Under the pieces are notes generated by a model that was not told the origin of the DNA, ran no database searches, and saw nothing but the letters and a program-made list of their open reading frames with translations. This document shows, one piece after another, positions 1 to 12,289 of a DNA stretch of 63,865 bases. Made by a program: the position numbers and the translations under genes. The DNA lies in NCBI GenBank assembly GCA_032718475.1, contig JAUCBJ010007793.1, positions 1 to 63,865 of the forward strand, written 5' to 3'. Origin of the DNA: Nemertoderma westbladi (lineage: Eukaryota > Animalia > Xenacoelomorpha). The first letter of the stretch is position 1, and each line of letters starts with the position of its first letter.

Positions 1-29
1 TTGTTGAAATAGACGATGTTCTTGGCAAT

Positions 30-1297
30 ATGCCATTGGCACCTGTTATGATACCAGAAGTGTTTGTTATTGATGGCGAATCAGATACTGAAACTGTGGG
101 TGTTATTAATGGAATGAATGATTCATTGGAAAATTTTAATGAATCTGACATTCCATCATTGAAAGAATTATATAAGGTATCCAATGGTGACATAGATTTT
201 TTTACAGATTGTTCTATTGTATATGATTACACTAATGATGATATCGAGTATAGTACCGTACGTGTTAGGAGACGGCTACTGATCTCTGATCTAATGAAAC
301 TATTACCTAAAGTAGACCCTCTAAAACATCTAAAGGTTGTGTTTACAGGTGAACCTGGCCAAGATAATGGTGGCCTTCGTCGAGACTTTTTTGGTTCAGC
401 AATGAAGGAATTGTATGAAAGTAGCTCGTTTTTTATTAACATTGATAATTATTTAGTCCCAAGTGCTGCGGATATGACAAAGGTTGTCAGTGGGAAATTT
501 GATCTAATAGGTCAATTTTTTGCCATGACCTTTCTTCATGGTGAACAGTTTATTGGTGTTATTCACCCTATTGTGGCTTCTTATATAGTTTTTGGACTAA
601 CTGACCCACTTAAATTACTGATGAATCACCCAACCTTATCGAAATCTGGAATTTTCGGGGAATTTTTAAGTACTGCAGAACTTCCTAATGACTTACTTGA
701 ACAAAGTGTAGAACTTGGTCTAATACCACCCCCTTCATTAACTTCCACAAAGGAGGTTAAAGATAAATTTTTAGCTAATTTCATTAATGTTCAAATTGTT
801 TTAAGTAACAAGGCTGCAATTGATGCTATCCGGGATCAATTGCATAAATATTTGTTTCAAAGAGTTTATTGTTTAAGTTTCTATGCAACACGCCATCAGT
901 TCGTTTAGCTGATACATTCGATAGTGCGAGAATATTAAATAGATCACCTGTTGGTTCTAATACTTACTCTGTAGAGGATAATATTATGTACTATTTAGGG
1001 GATTTTTCTGATCGTATTGAAGAATTTAAGCAATTAAGCGCCACTGCAAATAATGAATTTCTTAGTCTGGATCATGCATCTTTCAAGGTCTGGCTGTTTG
1101 GATCGTCATGTCCAATCAGAATACCAACGTTGTCTATAATATTTAAAAACTGTCCAGATAATTGTGGATGTCGCATATCATTTTCTACGTGCGCATTCCA
1201 AATGGTTATTCCACGCCATATCAATGACCAGAGTGAACTGGATAATATAATAATTCGAACCGTAATCGAGTCTGGCAAGGGTTTTAATACTTTATAA
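30..1297 (+). pseudogene. HECT-domain E3 ubiquitin ligase (G2E3-like), frameshifted near 850-870; frame is open to the left window edge
   Basis: ORF 30..908 has the HECT N-lobe motif LKVVFTGEPGQDNGGLRRDFF. Overlapping ORF 869..1297 has a C-lobe catalytic-Cys-like motif (ISFSTCAFQMVIP) and a terminal GF (ESGKGFNTL). No introns seen. Confidence 0.8.
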
Positions 1298-1574
1298 ATT
1301 ACATGTAATACAAAGTTTTAATTTCTATTAGTCAAAATTTTCAACATAATTTCATAGTTTTAGTGTCTTGTGTTTTTGTTTAGTGTTAAATCTTAACTTG
1401 TTAAATCATTTAAATATTAAAACAATTCCGTGTTGTCAATTAAATCTCTTACGTTAAACATTATTTAATTGAAGTGATATGTGCTCCTGGATTCCACAGA
1501 TGGCCCCACAGCAATTCAATTGATCGCCCCACAGATGGGCGAGCCACGTTCTACCTTCGTGTAGTGGTCTTGTA

Positions 1575-1662
1575 GTAGCTTAATGAGGACTGGAGTTTCC
1601 TCTGGGGAATAAAGTTCTGGGGGGACCGCACTAGAAATAAGTCGTCAGACTTTGTGCGTAAT
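1575..1662 (+). repeat. Dispersed SINE-like fragment, copy 1
   Basis: Matches the reverse complement of 36307..36398 (aatgag.actggagt..cct.tgggga.taaagttctggggggacc.cact.gaaataagtcgtcagact). The SINE assignment is inference. Confidence 0.55.
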
Positions 1663-1774
1663 TTTTTTACGTAATTGTGCATAATTTCTGGCCTAGCGAC
1701 CAAGGAAAATTTTCTTTACTTTACTTTTACAGATATCATTTATAAAAATATGTCATATATCAGATTAGAGATAG

Positions 1775-1863
1775 CTAGTTGTTCGCACACGTTACTAAGT
1801 CGTTGACACGACTTAGCAAAAAAAATTATTTTTAATTCCCCTTTAGGGGCTCCGGGCTCCATA
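1775..1863 (-). mobile_element. Terminus of a non-autonomous IS3EU-type element (TAYGGAGCCC... end)
   Basis: Minus strand reads TATGGAGCCCGGAGCCCCTAAAGGGGAATTAAAAA. A related terminus TACGGAGCCCCTGAAGGGAC starts at 35242 on the plus strand. Confidence 0.45.
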
Positions 1864-2021
1864 GTTACGGGTGTAACATCGGAATCTGTCCCCCTGCGGA
1901 TACAGTTCGGGGGGACTAAACTGGGATTACAACTGGTATAAATAAAAACATATTACTGAAATTACGAAATTATTATGATAAAACAAAATAATTATACAGT
2001 ATAGGTATCAATCAACCGTGG

Positions 2022-3170
2022 TTACCAGTGGGATTGAATAGAGCGATAAAGTTGTAATGATTTTACCCAAGTTGATGGTTTTCTCAAATGTAAGCAGGTC
2101 CACACATAGTCACAATATTCATACATATCTTCATCAGTAGGCCTAGGTACTGGTATTTGATTCAAAGAAGTACGCACAGTTTGGAGCGTATCATTATTGA
2201 CACGAAGGTTAAGGTTCTCCTCACCGCCGTTACAGGAAGGATAGAAATAGTTACATACAGGCTTCCCTGATATTGTGTTAAAGCGCGACTTACGAATATA
2301 ATGATTATTCCAGTCCTCGGCAATATCATCGAGTTCTAACTGTATGGTATCAGCAAAACAGTACCACATAATAGCTTTATGTCTACTATTATTTGTGCCG
2401 TATTCATTACTATCAATTAATTCATTAAAAAATGTAATCCACCACTGAGTCCAAGACTTCCTCAAGTAGGCCCACCACGATTCTATTCGCTGATTGTGGG
2501 GTGAACCGACGTATTTATGGGCCCCCAATGATTGACGAAAGAAACATTTAGCCCCGGCCATAACCCCATTCTCAGTGCCCCGATCCGTATCAAGTCTCAG
2601 TGGACATCCATGTAATACTACAGTAGGTAAATAAAATCTGCAAATAACGTTAGGGTCATTATTTGTACGGCAAACCTTCAACCATAATACAAATCGGGAC
2701 CACCCATCTATACACCCATGTATTGGGAACCCATATGATTTCAACTTGTCGTACCCATCCGTATGCCATGCTGCATTCGGACCACGGTTGGAATACATCC
2801 TTCGTTTAAGTTTCCGTTTTTGGCGTAATGCAGTAGCTTCTGGGTTCAAGAGTTTTAGCAGTAGTTGTACAGTAGAACGCGTTACAGGAAACCCTTTCTT
2901 ATTAAGATAGCGCCACATATGACGGTAACCCCAACTGGACCCCGACCCACGAATAATGTTTCTCATCACTGCTTTGATCTGGTCAATGTCAATGTTACGG
3001 TTTCTGCGTACTAAATGTAAGTCTTTAAGACGCCTTCTTATCGTGCGTGCACTGATTTGGACATTTTCTCTAACCCGCATAATCTTTACAATCTCCACAT
3101 ATGTCAAACCCTGACGGAAATAATTTTTTAGTTTGATTTCGTCATATCCCGCCATGACAGAATAGACCAC
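2022..3170 (-). CDS. IS3EU-like DDE transposase (integrase core domain); first ATG at 3155
   Basis: N-terminal HTH-like region (ISARTIRRRL), then GPNAAWHTDGYDKL, IHGCIDGWSR, TDRGTEN and NQRIESWW giving a D-D-E triad. Uninterrupted ORF of about 380 aa. Confidence 0.85.
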   Translation of the reverse strand: MVYSVMAGYDEIKLKNYFRQGLTYVEIVKIMRVRENVQISARTIRRRLKDLHLVRRNRNIDIDQIKAVMRNIIRGSGSSWGYRHMWRYLNKKGFPVTRSTVQLLLKLLNPEATALRQKRKLKRRMYSNRGPNAAWHTDGYDKLKSYGFPIHGCIDGWSRFVLWLKVCRTNNDPNVICRFYLPTVVLHGCPLRLDTDRGTENGVMAGAKCFFRQSLGAHKYVGSPHNQRIESWWAYLRKSWTQWWITFFNELIDSNEYGTNNSRHKAIMWYCFADTIQLELDDIAEDWNNHYIRKSRFNTISGKPVCNYFYPSCNGGEENLNLRVNNDTLQTVRTSLNQIPVPRPTDEDMYEYCDYVWTCLHLRKPSTWVKSLQLYRSIQSHW

Positions 3171-3350
3171 AACAGCGCATTAGTACGGATGCATTCTGCC
3201 GGATGGATGTCAATAATATTACTGTTTTATGTTATGTATTAGTAACTGCCAAATGTACCGGTACAGTTGATAGGCCTCTCTATGTATACTTTACAGCACA
3301 TGGTCTGGCTTACCCATCAGAATTTAAATTTCCCGCCATAATTCGTATTT

Positions 3351-3870
3351 AAATTTACACTTTCTCACTTTCAAATTTACACTTTCTCACTTTCAAATTT
3401 ACACTTTCTCACTTTCAAATTTACACTTTCTCACTTTCAAATTTACACTTTCGCACTTTCAAATTTACACTTTCTCACTTTCAAATTTACACTTTCTCAC
3501 TTTCAAATTTACACTTTCGCACTTTCAAATTTACACTTTCGCACTTTCAAATTTACACTTTCTCACTTTCAAATTTACACTTTCTCACTTTCAAATTTTA
3601 CACTTTCGCACTTTCAAATTTACACTTTCGCACTTTCAAATTTACACTTTCGCACTTTCAAATTTACACTTTCTCACTTTCAAATTTACACTTTCTCACT
3701 TTCAAATTTACACTTTCGCACTTTCAAATTTACACTTTCGCACTTTCAGATTTACACTTTGACAATGAAAAGATAATTTTCACACTGAAAAGATCATTTT
3801 CACACTGAAAAGATCATTTTCACACTAAAAAGAACACTTTAGCACTGAAAAGGACACTTTCACATTTAAA
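3351..3870. repeat. Subterminal tandem arrays: about 18 x 22-bp unit AAATTTACACTTTC(T/G)CACTTTC (3351-3760), then about 5 x 20-bp units TGAAAAGATCATTTTCACAC
   Basis: Read directly from the sequence; lies just inside the putative transposon terminus. Confidence 0.95.
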
Positions 3871-4941
3871 AAGTTGCTTGGCCGTTCTGGGCCACCGTAT
3901 AAAGGCGATCTGCCTGGGCTATGCTTGTTGTAAGCTAAAGGTAGCCAGCAGCCAGTCAAAGGGAGGCCGCCCCCAGGCCATTGTATTTTAAGTGTGTTTG
4001 TGTAGTCTGTATTATTGAATTGAGGCAACCTGCACTAGACATTATGACTGGGCTGCCTGGCTGCTGTTATTGTTATGTAAGTCTACTAATCCAAAATCAT
4101 TGCTGGCTTGCCCTGTGTGTTTGTGCTGTTGAATGTTGTTATAAAATATTGGCTGGCTGGGATGGCATAATTAATTCTAACTCTCACTACAGCTCACTAT
4201 CAATGATCACAGGCCAGCATGGGCAGCCTAAGGCTGTAATGCGATATGGGCTGTGCTTGTAAGCTAAGCAAGGTCTGAATTGTAGGTAGTCTCTAGCCAG
4301 CCTTACAGCAATAGGGAGGCCCCGCCTCCAGCAGTGCAGGGCACTGTATTTGGTGTGTGTTTGTTTCTGTAGTCTTAATTGAATAATTTAGACTATATAC
4401 AAAATTTACTTGCTTTGCCAATTGCCTTGGGTTTTCAAGGGAGCAGAGGAAGAGTATAATTACATTATTAAAAGGACCCCACCCCCCACCCTTTAATTAC
4501 ATTGCCTTTAATTCGAATGAGGAAATAATGTAGCTAACTTTGACTTGTAGTAATGAAGTCTAATATGAACAGTAGGCATTGGCATATATACTTTCTAATT
4601 TCTATATATTATACTTTCCATACGGTGACTAGCGTACTACTAGGATCGGCAGATCGGCATGAATGAATGATACAATAAATTGTAATATATATATTGCACT
4701 AGTTGGCCGTATTACGTTACTCAGTGGATGCCTTCCCCCCATTGGCCAATAACTCACTTCTCTCCTCCCATCTCTCTGGGAGTGTTTCCCCCTGCTGCTA
4801 TCACTCTCTCCCTCCCGGAGGTATAACCTCTGACCCCTGCTGTGTATTCCCTTGGGGCCTGTTGTCCCCCTTTATTGGGGTGACACGAGGTTGATTGGTA
4901 ATCAACCTCGTGCTCCCAATATTGCTTAAAGCCAACTTTGT

Positions 4942-5331
4942 GTGGGGTGGTTAGCGGAATTGAATACGCTAACAAGTCCATCAGATGTTGTAGAACAGAC
5001 AGCTGAGCAAGTTGATTGTCCCACTAATATGTTTGAATATGCTTTCCCTGAAAATTTGTTGAGTATCGATGAAATAATTCGTGAACTTTCCATTAACTCT
5101 AAGAGAATAGTGTATGATTGTATACCATATGGCCGGAAGGAAAACGTATTTTTTGTAATCAATAATGGGAACAACACGGATCGGATACAACGGGGATTGC
5201 GCTGCAACTTCTCTGACGATTGTGGTGTATGGGACTCAAAGAATGGAAGAACAACTATGGCCTCATCCATCCAGAAAGGGGGGGTTGTTGCTGACGGCAA
5301 CCAAAATTCATATCTATCCATAATAATTTAA
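4942..5331 (+). pseudogene. Fragment of an unidentified, probably transposon-derived protein
   Basis: 129-aa ORF with protein-like motifs (IPYGRKENVFFVINN, FSDDCGVWD); ends shortly before a poly-C tract. Confidence 0.35.
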
Positions 5332-5496
5332 CAATGAGACGAGATATCAATTCGCCGTAGTCAAGTATGTACAACTCCCCCCCCCCCCCCTCCCCCCCCC
5401 ACGTCTCCGTCCACCTTCCCTTAGTCGCTAGAACACCGCTATTTACTTCTATATTTAGCGACTAAATTGGTGCTAAAATCCCGCTACTCTCAGATA

Positions 5497-6753
5497 CAGT
5501 CCCTATCTCATTCTGAATATTATTTCTCAAACTGGGTATCATTTCTCAAACCTTTTACTAATGATAGTCAACGGAGAATTTCAGTAGGTAAGACTGGGGT
5601 AAGAGTTGAGAAATCAGAAAGATGCAGCCAGCTCAATCTAACTCAAACTAGAGTCTGGCGCCATGGTTTGAGTTAGGTTGACTTCCAACTGTGCCATACT
5701 CAGCATTACTCTTCCTGTACGGGATGGATAATTACTCTGGTTGAGTGAGGCACCACATGGGGAAGGGGCCTCTGTCTGTTGCTTGGGCTCTTGAGTTAAT
5801 GGGTTGAATTACATAAGCTGGGCAGGCCGGCTTGCGTGTGTCTCATAAAAGACATGTCAATCACGCAGTTCCTTTGTGGGCTTTACTAAATGTATGTTGT
5901 TAACTAAACCACACTGGCTCGGTCTGTTTGTAGAGAAAGTTTTAATTCTGGGAATATTGTTGTGGGAAATTGGTGCTCTGTTGTCTGTCTGTTTGATGTC
6001 AATTGGTGCCTTACAAGACATATCAGTTTAAAAATCTAATGGTTAATTAAGAATTATTAGTGCATATGGGACCTCGCAACACCCCCCCCCCCCCCTCCCA
6101 TAAATATGGCCCTGTCTATAATTACAGAGGTTTCCTCTGGCCCCTTTGCCCGGTATACCCACCCCACACCCGGATGTATTGCGAATAATTGTGTTGACGA
6201 TGTACAGTAATAGAGAATTAAACATTAGTAAAACATTAAAGTTAAACATTAGAAACATTAGCGAAATATACGCAACATTAAAATAAATTTATAAAATTGG
6301 TTGGTTATATTATATGGTTATATTTTAATGTAAAATAACGTTAAAATGTTATGAGTCATACATACTTAATAAATGTAATAAAAATTAATAAATCTTCAGT
6401 TTAATAATTTTTTAGCATATAATTTTTTTATTCTGAAATTTAAAAATAAATTGAGTCACTGAGTCTGCAACTTAATTCTCACTGTCTACTGGAGTTAATT
6501 ACACACAAACAAATCAAGTTTAGGGAATGTTATAACAGCAGGAGACCATCAAACCCGTAGGCAGAGTATAACAGAAGCGAGTGGGCCATTAAACACAGAC
6601 AGCTTGTTGTATGAATGCTACACAGTGCACAGTGGGTGGTTGCGCGAGTTTGAGTTGGGTTTGAGTAAACCAGACAGGTTTGAGTTAGTAAGAGTGAGGT
6701 AAGAGAAAAGGTACCCAGTTTGAGAAACAGTATCTAGAATGAGATAGGGACTG
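5497..6753. mobile_element. Non-autonomous Tc1/mariner-type element (MITE) with TA target duplication
   Basis: About 50-bp TIRs: TA|CAGTCCCTATCTCATTCTG..TTTCTCAAACTGGGTA versus TACCCAGTTTGAGAAAC..AGAATGAGATAGGGACTG|TA. Confidence 0.85.
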
Positions 6754-6755
6754 TA

Positions 6756-6985
6756 GTTTTAGCTTCTCTACATGCTAAACTGATGCTAAAATCCCGCTAT
6801 TCATTAGGTCGTTTTATTCATACGCTAAAGTGACGCTAAATCAAGGATTTTTCCCAGATATTTAGTGGATATTTTCTCCAGCGAATTGCCGGATACTATT
6901 ATCCAGCTATTAGCTGGATATTAAAACGCTAAAAACCAAGCTAGCGGGGTTTAGCTGGATATTAGCCAGATGTGTCTTTGCTGGG
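6756..6985 (-). mobile_element. End of an EnSpm/CMC-like non-autonomous element (CCCAGCAAAGACACA terminus), interrupted by the MITE
   Basis: Terminus at 6971-6985. Subterminal repeat TGCTAAAATCCCGCTA occurs on both sides of the MITE (5471 and 6784). Confidence 0.45.
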
Positions 6986-8209
6986 GTACTCGTCTTCATT
7001 ATATGCCTCGTTGCACTTGTCCTGTTTTGCATTAAAATATTTTTCCTAAACCAAGACTGACGATCTTTATACAGTTATAAATATGCGAAGTTTCGAAACT
7101 GTGCGAGTAACTGCTGATACATCTATGTGGAGATGTGTGATACAACGCCAACGCATCATATGCCGATGTAGTCATATGGGTATTGAAATAATATTAAATC
7201 AATGTACACTCTTAAAGCTGCAGCGAAAAAATGTAGATAATTTCCTAGGTTAAATATAAAATAATAATATTATTTTTAAGAACATAAATTTTACTACTTT
7301 GCAAAAATTCAATTAAAAAATAACCAGACAAATATATTGCAGAATAAACTAAAGCAATACTACTGGCTGCCTATTACAGTACAATTCGCCTCTGGTAAGG
7401 CTACACCAACATCTCCCAGCCAGATAGCAGCTCTACACCCCCGCAGAGACTATGTTAACCAATAATGGGCAGGATTACATTTGTACTCAATAATTGTGCC
7501 GCTTTAATTACGTTTAGATCAATTAAAGACACATTTATTAAAGCAAATCACTTGAACTAATTAAAAACTATAATAGAATGGGGTATGTGGATTACATCTG
7601 TATAATTTTTAAGTATAATTATTTAAATCTTATACTGTAAAATAATTAATTTCCTTTAACAGGCAGGTTGAAAATGCAGTTTTTACCGTAATCAACTTAA
7701 TTAACTAATTAATTGCTATTATCTAAGCTTCTCGAAGGCCACACGGAAATTCAACTTGGAAAATTTCTAAACTTTTGCCAGACTACATGTGTACCAAGTT
7801 TGGTTAAATTTCATTAACATTTGGCTGAGTTATTAACGTTTAAAATTTGGACACAACAGATCAATGGAGCAACAGACACACTGATTGAGTTAGTGGTACC
7901 TGTACAGCTTTATGCTAAGCTCGCTTACTTTCGTCGCTCGCCCCACAATACAGAATACAGTTAGTAGGACCATACCATACCAAACGTTTACAGTATTTTT
8001 TAACTACAGTATTTTGTTTTTTCCACATCGCTTGTCTTCTTTATTGGTTTGGTTTGTTCACCGATCAGCCTGTTGTCCCATCCTGTTGTATGCCTAACCT
8101 AAAACAATAATTTTTTTTTAAAATAATTGTTGAACTTTAGCTAAAATCAAATAAATAAATGTTGTACTGTAAACAGGTAAATGTACTGTAAAACTAAATG
8201 TTCACTTCC

Positions 8210-8460
8210 TTGTGGCCTTTTGCAGTCTTTTGTGGTCTTTTGCTGTCTTTTGCGGTCTTTTGCTGTATTTTGCTGTATTTTGCGGTAATTCGTCTTTGCA
8301 GTATACCCATGCCGCCTTCTCTGTTCTTTTGCGGTCTTTTTCGGTCTTTTGTGGTATTTTGCGGTCTTTTGCAGTATTTTGCGGTCTTTTGCAGTATTTT
8401 GCGGTATTGTGCGGTCTTTTGTGGTCTTTTTTGGCCTTTTGCGGTCTTTTGCGGTAATTC
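8210..8460. repeat. 10-bp minisatellite (TTGCGGTCTT / TTGCAGTATT variants)
   Basis: About 25 degenerate units; it accounts for the low-complexity ORFs at 8194-8586. Confidence 0.9.
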
Positions 8461-8866
8461 GTAGGACCCGCCAGCCAGACGATAAAAATAAGTCTGTAAG
8501 TACGGTAAGTACAAATAAAAAAATAAATAAATAATAAGTACCTTAGACCCTGCCAACTTTGGCCCATGAGGGCAACTTTGGCCCAATTTTTTTTTTGCAG
8601 TTCCGTTGTTTTCAGACTGGAAGTTAATTTTTTTAAACCGATTTTTTTTAGTAAATGAAGTTTAGCATATGCCCAATCATATGCATATGTAGCACATCAT
8701 AAGGTATTCCGGGAAGTGTAGAGAAATCAGGCCTGAAAAAAGGTGCAATGTGTGTTGCAAAAGTAGGGTTGAAAGGTCTACTATACCCTGCAGTGATAAC
8801 CATCAATTGCAGTGACAATTTTTTATTCTAGATGAGTTCTAATGGTAATAAATATTGTTCTCATTT

Positions 8867-10056
8867 TGTTCGCGCTTTCAGACCTTTGGCAGTTTAACCC
8901 GCCAAATTAGGATGTCTTCTAGATAATAAATCGCTTTAGCCTCTAACAAGTATTTGATTCACTACACTAGTTGAAACCAATCTGTGCGCGATCATTCACC
9001 CGTTGGATATACCCGGGAGATTGACTTCGAGGGCTTAATCGTATTGCTATGTAAGCCTAATGTATTATTCGACTGACAGCATTATATAATCTCTGACAAT
9101 ATTATTCACCTTCGGGGAATATTAACAGTTCCTTTAGGACGTGGCGCTCTATCTATATAAACAGAGTTATGACTTAAACTACTCACAACGATATGGCTTA
9201 GTTACAATTCACATATATGGCGCATTCTTTAGGAAATGCTTCGTTATCAGTCTCACTCATACACAATGCTGCACAATACTGCACACTAATCTGCCGATCT
9301 TCACTGATTTTAGTCACATATAAAAGGAACACAGACCGACTCATGTAGGGTCTATCAAATAACATTAGATTCACTTCAAACCACTTTAACATAAGTCGCA
9401 ATCGTTATATGTAACCTTTCTCTCTTACCTTCGGTATATCAAGAATATTGGGTTTCGGGGTTATTTCTCGTTATTCCAAATATAATAATTCATCAACAAA
9501 TATAATGAATAACCGACAGCAAAGCAGTAATGTTAAGTTAAGTTGCACAGTATGGGCCAGTTAACCAGTGTTAACCAGTGCAGATAACATTGAGTTACCC
9601 AGATAACGGATATATGTCCTTATAATTAAGCCTACTAGTGTTAGGCTAAAGCAGAAAAGCACAAAATATTCCAAAGCCGCTCTTCCTGGCTCAGGACAGA
9701 ATGATAACACTGCCCATAATGAATTGCGTGATTTCTAGGAAATTTCTGTACAAGAGCCATGAAAATGCTCTGATTGGCTGACTGAACTAAGAGAGAACAA
9801 AGAAACAAAGAAATGTCGACGTGGCAATATCAGCTGTTAGCCGTCGTCATGGTAGCGACACTGTTTTCAAGAGTATCGAGCTTTTTGCGTCACGAAATTG
9901 CGGATTATGTCCTCTAAAGTACAAATACAGAAGAAATGGCTTTTATGTCCTCTAAAACACCAGTACAGCAAGGACACGGCCTTTTTATGCCTGGTAAACC
10001 AACCACAGAGTACTTTACAGGGATAATAACCGGCTAATTACGCAAAAGCTTTTACA
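8867..10056 (-). repeat. 3' LTR of BEL1
   Basis: TG..CA ends; near-identical to 19689..20878. Confidence 0.95.
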
Positions 10057-10134
10057 CCGCTCCCAGAAAATGGGATTTAAGTCTATAAAATATAACAAAT
10101 CACAGTTTCTAAAATATAAAGATACTCTAAACAG

Positions 10135-11487
10135 TTAGTCTTTCTTACGCAGACGGCGTTTACGCAGTTTTTGAGGCTAGCAAGAGTCCTTTTCTCTTTG
10201 GAGCGAGCCACTTTACTAGGAGGGCTATAAATCCTGGGTGAAGGGTGCAATATGATTGCATCAGAAGGTGTAGGATTATGGTCGGGGTATCCGCCGTTTC
10301 GATATGCTTCTCCTCGAGCTGATTTTCCTCCGCTCGTAGCTGGATACGTTCATCCAAAACTCTCGCAGAGAATAGGGTTTTCTAAGCTTGATATCTTCTT
10401 AGAGATTCGAGATTTCCCAATCGAACTGAGATAAGGCCAATTCGTTTATCGATTGGACTTACTGTTATAACTTACGTTTATCTGAACAAACGCAGGTTTC
10501 TTTTTTGATCTTTTTAGAATAGCGTTTAACTCGTTTCGTACAACGCTCTCCTTCACCTTGATGAAGGGTTGTATAGCGTTAAACGGGAACGACCATACGG
10601 TTGGATAGTGATATTAGGTGTCTGCGTCACAATCCGGCTAGGTAAGATGGGCGGCTAGCTAGAAATCATTGTCGGAGTGTTACCGATTAATTGTTAGGGT
10701 AGCACTAGATCTTTGAACAGTGAATACATTCCGCGAGGATCCGCGACACCACCAGGATCGCAGGTCTGAGGTCCAACTAAGGAATGAGGAGGTTTGACCG
10801 AGTATTCCGGGACTCTGATCGTAGGTTTACTCCAGGATCGTTCGAGCCGAGTGAGCATAGGTGATACGTCAAACAAGTTTCGCTCGAAACTCCAGTAAAT
10901 ATAACGAGCACAACTGTGTTTAACACAACGTTTCCGTGGATGTTTATGTCTTTCCGTTTATTTGCTGGGTCTAGGGCATTTATCGTAATAATACCAAAGA
11001 CGCACGCCTGGTAGGGGAAATGCGGATGATATTTATTTGTTGTTACAATGCTTCTATCAAGAATTCCAAATATATGTTGGAGTTACCGCGTTTATTTGTT
11101 TCTTTAATGTCTTTTCTTTCGAGTCGATTTCGAATAGGATTTTCGCATTAGAATTTTGGTTTATCGTTTCGACTCCTCTGGGTAGGATATGTTCGACATA
11201 GTCCGTATCGTGTAAATTGATAGAATGGCCAATGGTTAAGAAGTCCATATACATACCATTACAATGCGTGTAGCGAGCGGTGAATTTTCCATAGTCCAAT
11301 TCACGCGTAAGTTACTTCCAGGAAATCGTAGGTTCGATATAACGACCATCATCCTTCGTAGTAGTTGGACTAATATCACCGCGTATCAAGCTATCAACAA
11401 ACGTTTGAAAGTAGAGTATATCGCTCCCCGATACCAAGACCATCTTCTATCAACTCCGTCATATCTGCTATATATGAGTTTATCCAT
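10135..11487 (-). pseudogene. Decayed, internally deleted copy of the BEL extra 3' ORF
   Basis: Translated pieces align with 55298..57616: YGKFTARYTHCNGMYMDFLTIGH vs YRAFLHKYTNSDGTYKPFLTTGH; RLWYYYDKCPRP..HPRKRCVKHSCARYIY..FERNLFDV vs RLWYHCDDCPHP..HPRERCPKHSFTRYMY..YERDLFSV; IRVPEYSVKPP..DPR..FKDLVLP vs IDVPRFSVRPP..DPR..FRDMVLP. Ends in a basic tail LRKRRLRKKD. Confidence 0.85.
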
Positions 11488-12289
11488 ATTATAATGAGTT
11501 TATATTTAGGCTAGCGAGCGTCGCTGCCTACCCCAATCAGCCCCCGGACAGTGCGAGATCCTCAGCGCAGATGTGTCGTCGCCGCTGTACTTTCGCCAAC
11601 GACGTAGCCGCACAACGACAACGACAACCGGCACAAGTCACTCGACTGTCCGTCCCAAAGGCTTAGATACACCTCAGGTTCTTACTGGAGAGTTAGGGTT
11701 ACTTTCACAATTGCGACTCGCTACTGTAAACACACCTTAGTAGTAACATTCGCCTATAAACTCACAAATACCACACACACAACTTGTCACAAATTACACA
11801 CACTCGGGTCACTTGTCCGTTAGTCAGTGCCTTCCAGAATGTCACGTTATTATCATGTATCCTTGGATACTAGCAGTGCGCTATTTATTCCCTATGCTAT
11901 TCAATGGGACAAGCTTTCTATTGTTCTTTTAACTCAATTCTAATTCTAGCGTGGTTGTTGCTATGGTGACATTATGCAAAGCTAGCGGTAGAATTAGGGT
12001 AATTCCAATGCATACAGATCTGGGATGTTATTTAATAGTAATTCTTTAATGATCAATGTTCTGTTTTATACATGACTTTATGAATTTTATCGGCTATTGA
12101 CTAGGTTTGGGAGACTTTCGCACACTCATACGCATGATAAGATAAATCTCCGCTCCCGTGATCTATTAATTAATGGAATTTTGGGAATGTTATAAATTGC
12201 GTAAAAATGGCAATTTATTAAATTCATTAAAAGGCATGAATTTAAATTATTCCCTGAAATTTTATTATTTAATAATTAAATGGACATAT

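Larger units (their letters stand above)
1..3899 (-). mobile_element. IS3EU-like DNA transposon (one terminus at 3899; the other is outside the window)
   Basis: Minus-strand terminus TACGGTGGCCCAGAACGG fits the TAY..RTA ends of IS3EU, followed by subterminal arrays and the transposase. Including the HECT ORF in the element is inference. Confidence 0.6.

Noticed and set aside
1490-1700. snRNA-like words (ATTGATCGCC as in 7SK; ATAATTTCTGG Sm-like site as in U1)
   Set aside because: The partner motifs and overall structures are absent; the region overlaps a dispersed SINE-like repeat.
3351-3760. 22-bp array as a CRISPR array
   Set aside because: Units are head-to-tail with no unique spacers, there are no cas genes and the context is eukaryotic.
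5376-5400. Poly-C tract as a G-quadruplex element (also 6080-6098)
   Set aside because: Simple homopolymers common in these repeats; nothing supports a function.
7700-7945. Helentron/DINE-like fragment (TGTACCAAGTTTGG..ACAGACA)
   Set aside because: Only a vague resemblance; ends could not be defined.
8194-8586. Several overlapping ORFs with repetitive peptides
   Set aside because: Translation artefacts of the 10-bp minisatellite.
9141-9401. Short ORFs duplicated at 19963-20223
   Set aside because: They lie in the LTRs, lack ATG starts and show no motifs.
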